This document shows, one piece after another, positions 59,309 through 64,000 of a stretch of 64,000 nt of DNA (positions are counted from its first letter, which is position 1; each line of letters opens with the position of its first letter). A program made the position numbers and the translations under genes. The DNA comes from an uncultured Desulfospira sp. (GTDB lineage Bacteria; Desulfobacterota; Desulfobacteria; Desulfobacterales; Desulfobacteraceae), in assembly GCA_963663165.1 (NCBI GenBank), contig OY760175.1:6208001-6272000 (forward strand), given 5' to 3'. The notes beneath the pieces are model-generated. The model ran no database searches. It saw nothing but the letters and a program-made list of their open reading frames with translations, and had not been told where the DNA came from.

Positions 59309-59329
59309 TTGGAAATAATTATTATCTAA
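59309..59329 (+). promoter_or_regulatory. Possible Fur/PerR box (autoregulation)
   Basis: TTGGAAATAATTATTATCTAA imperfect palindrome downstream of TTGACT. Confidence 0.5.
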
Positions 59330-59344
59330 AGAGAAGGGTTCCCG

Positions 59345-59785
59345 TTGAAAACTGCTCAAAAAAGATTTAAAACTATCATCAAAACGCTCAAAGAAAACGG
59401 CCATAAAATAACGCCCCAGCGAATGGCCATTGTCAGAATTCTGGCCGAAAGCCAGACTCATCCCAGTGTAGAAGATATATATACAAAGGTCAAAGCCGAT
59501 TTTCCCACCATGAGCCTGGCCACGGTCTACCGGAATATTTTATTGATCAAATCCCTTGGAGAGGTCCTTGAACTCGGATTTCCCGACGGGAGCAACCGGT
59601 ATGACGGGCAGAAACCCTTTCCCCATCCCCATGTGATCTGTATCAAATGTAAACAAATCGTTGATCCTGATCTGGACAGCCTGGATGCCATGCAAAAAGA
59701 AGTTTCCAATGAAACCGGCTATACCATATTAAATCACCGGCTGGATTTTTTTGGGATATGCAACAGCTGCAAGGCCAAGGAGTAA
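59345..59785 (+). CDS. perR: Fur-family regulator, probably PerR
   Basis: TPQR, HPS, SLATVYR, HPHVICIKC, CNSC; directly upstream of katG. Confidence 0.82.
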   Translation: MKTAQKRFKTIIKTLKENGHKITPQRMAIVRILAESQTHPSVEDIYTKVKADFPTMSLATVYRNILLIKSLGEVLELGFPDGSNRYDGQKPFPHPHVICIKCKQIVDPDLDSLDAMQKEVSNETGYTILNHRLDFFGICNSCKAKE

Positions 59786-59841
59786 TCCCCTCCTCCGGTT
59801 TCGAGTCTCCTGTCTTTGTTCAAAATTTTTCTTGACAGATA

Positions 59842-59860
59842 AATAATAACTGTTATCATT
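59842..59860 (+). promoter_or_regulatory. Fur/PerR box overlapping the katG promoter
   Basis: AATAATAAC-T-GTTATCATT 9-1-9 inverted repeat (1 mismatch) just after TTGACA at 59832. Confidence 0.72.
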
Positions 59861-59907
59861 TGATAAAAATTTCCCTAAATAGGAAAATCCCTGTCACTCC
59901 ACTGTAA

Positions 59908-62163
<2,256 letters not shown>

Positions 62164-62174
62164 TCCTTCTTGCT

Positions 62175-62237
62175 TCATAATCATGCTCTTACTCAAATCG
62201 TTTAGAGCAAGAGCATGATCAAGATTAAGAGAATGAT
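62175..62237. repeat. Hexamer-period hairpin array
   Basis: tcataa tcatgc tcttac ... gagcaa gagcat gatcaa gattaa gagaat. Confidence 0.75.
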
Positions 62238-62418
62238 GCTGATCCCCGAGGTTGGCTTCCGGTTTCCGATCTCCTTTTTTCCTTGCTTTTAATCACGGCG
62301 TTTGTTATTTAAGCGGGTTATAAATATTTCTATTTATGTTGCGGACGAAAGCCGGTTCCAAAACCCAATCCGCTCGTGACAGTTATATTTAAATACACTA
62401 TGAAAGGGGCGATGTTTT

Positions 62419-62628
62419 TTGAAAGAGATTACAGTCACGGTTATTGACAACGATGTGGAAAAGGCTTTACGGATTTTGAAGAAAAAAATCCAGAATGACG
62501 GCCTCTTCAAACGTCTTAAAGTGAAAAAGCACTATGAGAAGCCATGCCAGTACAGACGACGTAAGATGAGAGAAGCAATGAGAAGACAACGGATTGCTGC
62601 CTCCAGATCTCGCAGAAGACAAAAATAA
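62419..62628 (+). CDS. rpsU: 30S ribosomal protein bS21
   Basis: VEKALRILKKKI..GL, HYEKP, Arg-rich tail; TTG start. Confidence 0.93.
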   Translation: MKEITVTVIDNDVEKALRILKKKIQNDGLFKRLKVKKHYEKPCQYRRRKMREAMRRQRIAASRSRRRQK

Positions 62629-62640
62629 CCACCGACCGAT

Positions 62641-62698
62641 AAAAACCCCGGCAGACCGGCCCCTTAATACCCATCAGGGAATGGATGCCGGGTTTTTT
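62641..62698 (+). terminator. Probable intrinsic terminator after rpsU
   Basis: CCCGGCA ... TGCCGGG-TTTTTT with a large loop. Confidence 0.55.
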
Positions 62699-62723
62699 AC
62701 GTCTTTAAAAAGTTCAACCGATA

Positions 62724-64000
62724 ATGACACATACCGCCTATCAGGAATGCCTTGATAAAATTTACCAACTCGGCCGTTTCGGCATCAAGCTCGAACTTGA
62801 GACCATCCAGAATATTCTAGGCCTTCTGAACAACCCCCAGAAAAACTACAACACTGTCCATGTGGCCGGCACCAACGGCAAAGGCTCCACGGCCACCTAT
62901 ATTTATTCCATTCTAAGGCAGGCCGGTTTCAGAACAGGCATCTACACCTCTCCTCACCTGGTCCGTTTCAATGAACGGATCAGTGTCAACGGCGTTGATA
63001 TCTCTGATGACCAGGTGGTCAAGGCCTATGAGGCGGTTAACCGGACCGATGTGGGAGACCGGAGGGCCACGTTTTTTGAAATTGCAACGGCCATGGCCTT
63101 TTACCACTTTGCCCTGGAAAAGGTGGAATGGGCTGTGATTGAAACCGGCATGGGGGGACGGTTTGATGCCACCAACATCATTGACCCCAAGGTTTGCGTC
63201 ATTACCAACCTGTCCATTGAGCATACCGATTACCTGGGATCCACCATTAAAGACCTGGCCCGGGAAAAAGCAGGGATTATCAAAAAAAATACCCCGGTGG
63301 TCACGGCAGTATCCCAGCCTTCGGGCATTCAGGTGATCCAGGCCAGGGCCAAAGACCAGGATGCGGGCCTGTACCGGTTCAAACAGGCGTTTTCCGCCAG
63401 GAAACAACGGGAGGCACAGGTCCTGGACTACCAGGGGATTTTCAACAATTTCAAAGGCCTTGACATGCCCCTTCCCGGGGACCACCAGAAAGAAAACTTA
63501 AGCCTGGGGATCGCGGCCTGCGAATTGATTTTCAAGCCGCTGGCGTCCCATGATCCCCGGTATGCCCTGACCCCGGACCTGGTTAAGCAGGGGCTTTCCC
63601 ATGTCAAATGGCCCGGCCGCCTGGAAGTCGTTAAGGAAAAGCCGCTGGTCATCCTGGACGGTGCCCACAACCTTAAAGCTGCCCGGCTTCTGGCCAAATA
63701 TCTGGCGTCGGGCCTGAACAACAGACCCCTGACCCTGGTGATCGGCATTCTGGACGACAAGCCCTATGAAGATATGCTCAAGCACCTGGCCCCCTGTGCA
63801 TCCCGGATCATCATCACCCGGCCGAAAATCAACCGGAGCATGGACACCGGCATCTTAAAGAAAGCCGCCCAAGCATATTTTTCAGGACCGATATTGGAAA
63901 TCCAGGATGTCAAAGAAGCCACCGCCCACGCCATTGCCTCGGCATCAGACACGGAAGCGGTCTGCATCGCCGGATCACTTTATGTGGTGGGTGAGGCAAA
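62724..64000 (+). CDS. folC: Folylpolyglutamate/dihydrofolate synthase (runs off the window end)
   Basis: MTHTAYQECLDKIYQLGRFGIKL, HVAGTNGKGS, YTSPHL..FNERI, ETGMGGRFDATN, WPGRLE, LDGAHN. Confidence 0.95.
   Translation, partial: MTHTAYQECLDKIYQLGRFGIKLELETIQNILGLLNNPQKNYNTVHVAGTNGKGSTATYIYSILRQAGFRTGIYTSPHLVRFNERISVNGVDISDDQVVKAYEAVNRTDVGDRRATFFEIATAMAFYHFALEKVEWAVIETGMGGRFDATNIIDPKVCVITNLSIEHTDYLGSTIKDLAREKAGIIKKNTPVVTAVSQPSGIQVIQARAKDQDAGLYRFKQAFSARKQREAQVLDYQGIFNNFKGLDMPLPGDHQKENLSLGIAACELIFKPLASHDPRYALTPDLVKQGLSHVKWPGRLEVVKEKPLVILDGAHNLKAARLLAKYLASGLNNRPLTLVIGILDDKPYEDMLKHLAPCASRIIITRPKINRSMDTGILKKAAQAYFSGPILEIQDVKEATAHAIASASDTEAVCIAGSLYVVGEA

Overview
A 64 kb chromosomal window, probably from a sulfate-reducing Desulfobacterales member (inferred from the PurD-PurE fusion, DUF3334, a Cys-rich GcvH-like gene and sigma54 systems). 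The backbone is housekeeping and regulatory: purDE, ddl, tsaC, an EF-G paralogue, a nucleoside-type ABC transporter, oadGB, arginase, a helicase-exonuclease, perR-katG, rpsU and folC. A decayed ~5.9 kb island sits at tRNA-Leu(CAA) between 60-bp direct repeats (8927-14882). It carries an intact tyrosine integrase, a DUF4160/DUF2442 pair, a truncated excisionase-like gene, and an ISKra4-like element whose DUF4338 passenger is cleanly split by an IS200. Intergenic DNA holds at least four MITE/REP-like families, some nested, plus 6-7-nt periodic arrays. The best candidates for undescribed biology are: (1) an FtsK motor whose membrane anchor is replaced by a ZapA-like domain; (2) an RHH-CHAD-ParA-CYTH operon divergent from ppx, a possible polyphosphate-granule positioning system; (3) a sigma54 module with an archaemetzincin and a GcvH-like protein lacking the lipoyl lysine. 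All calls come from reading motifs by eye; no database searches were run.
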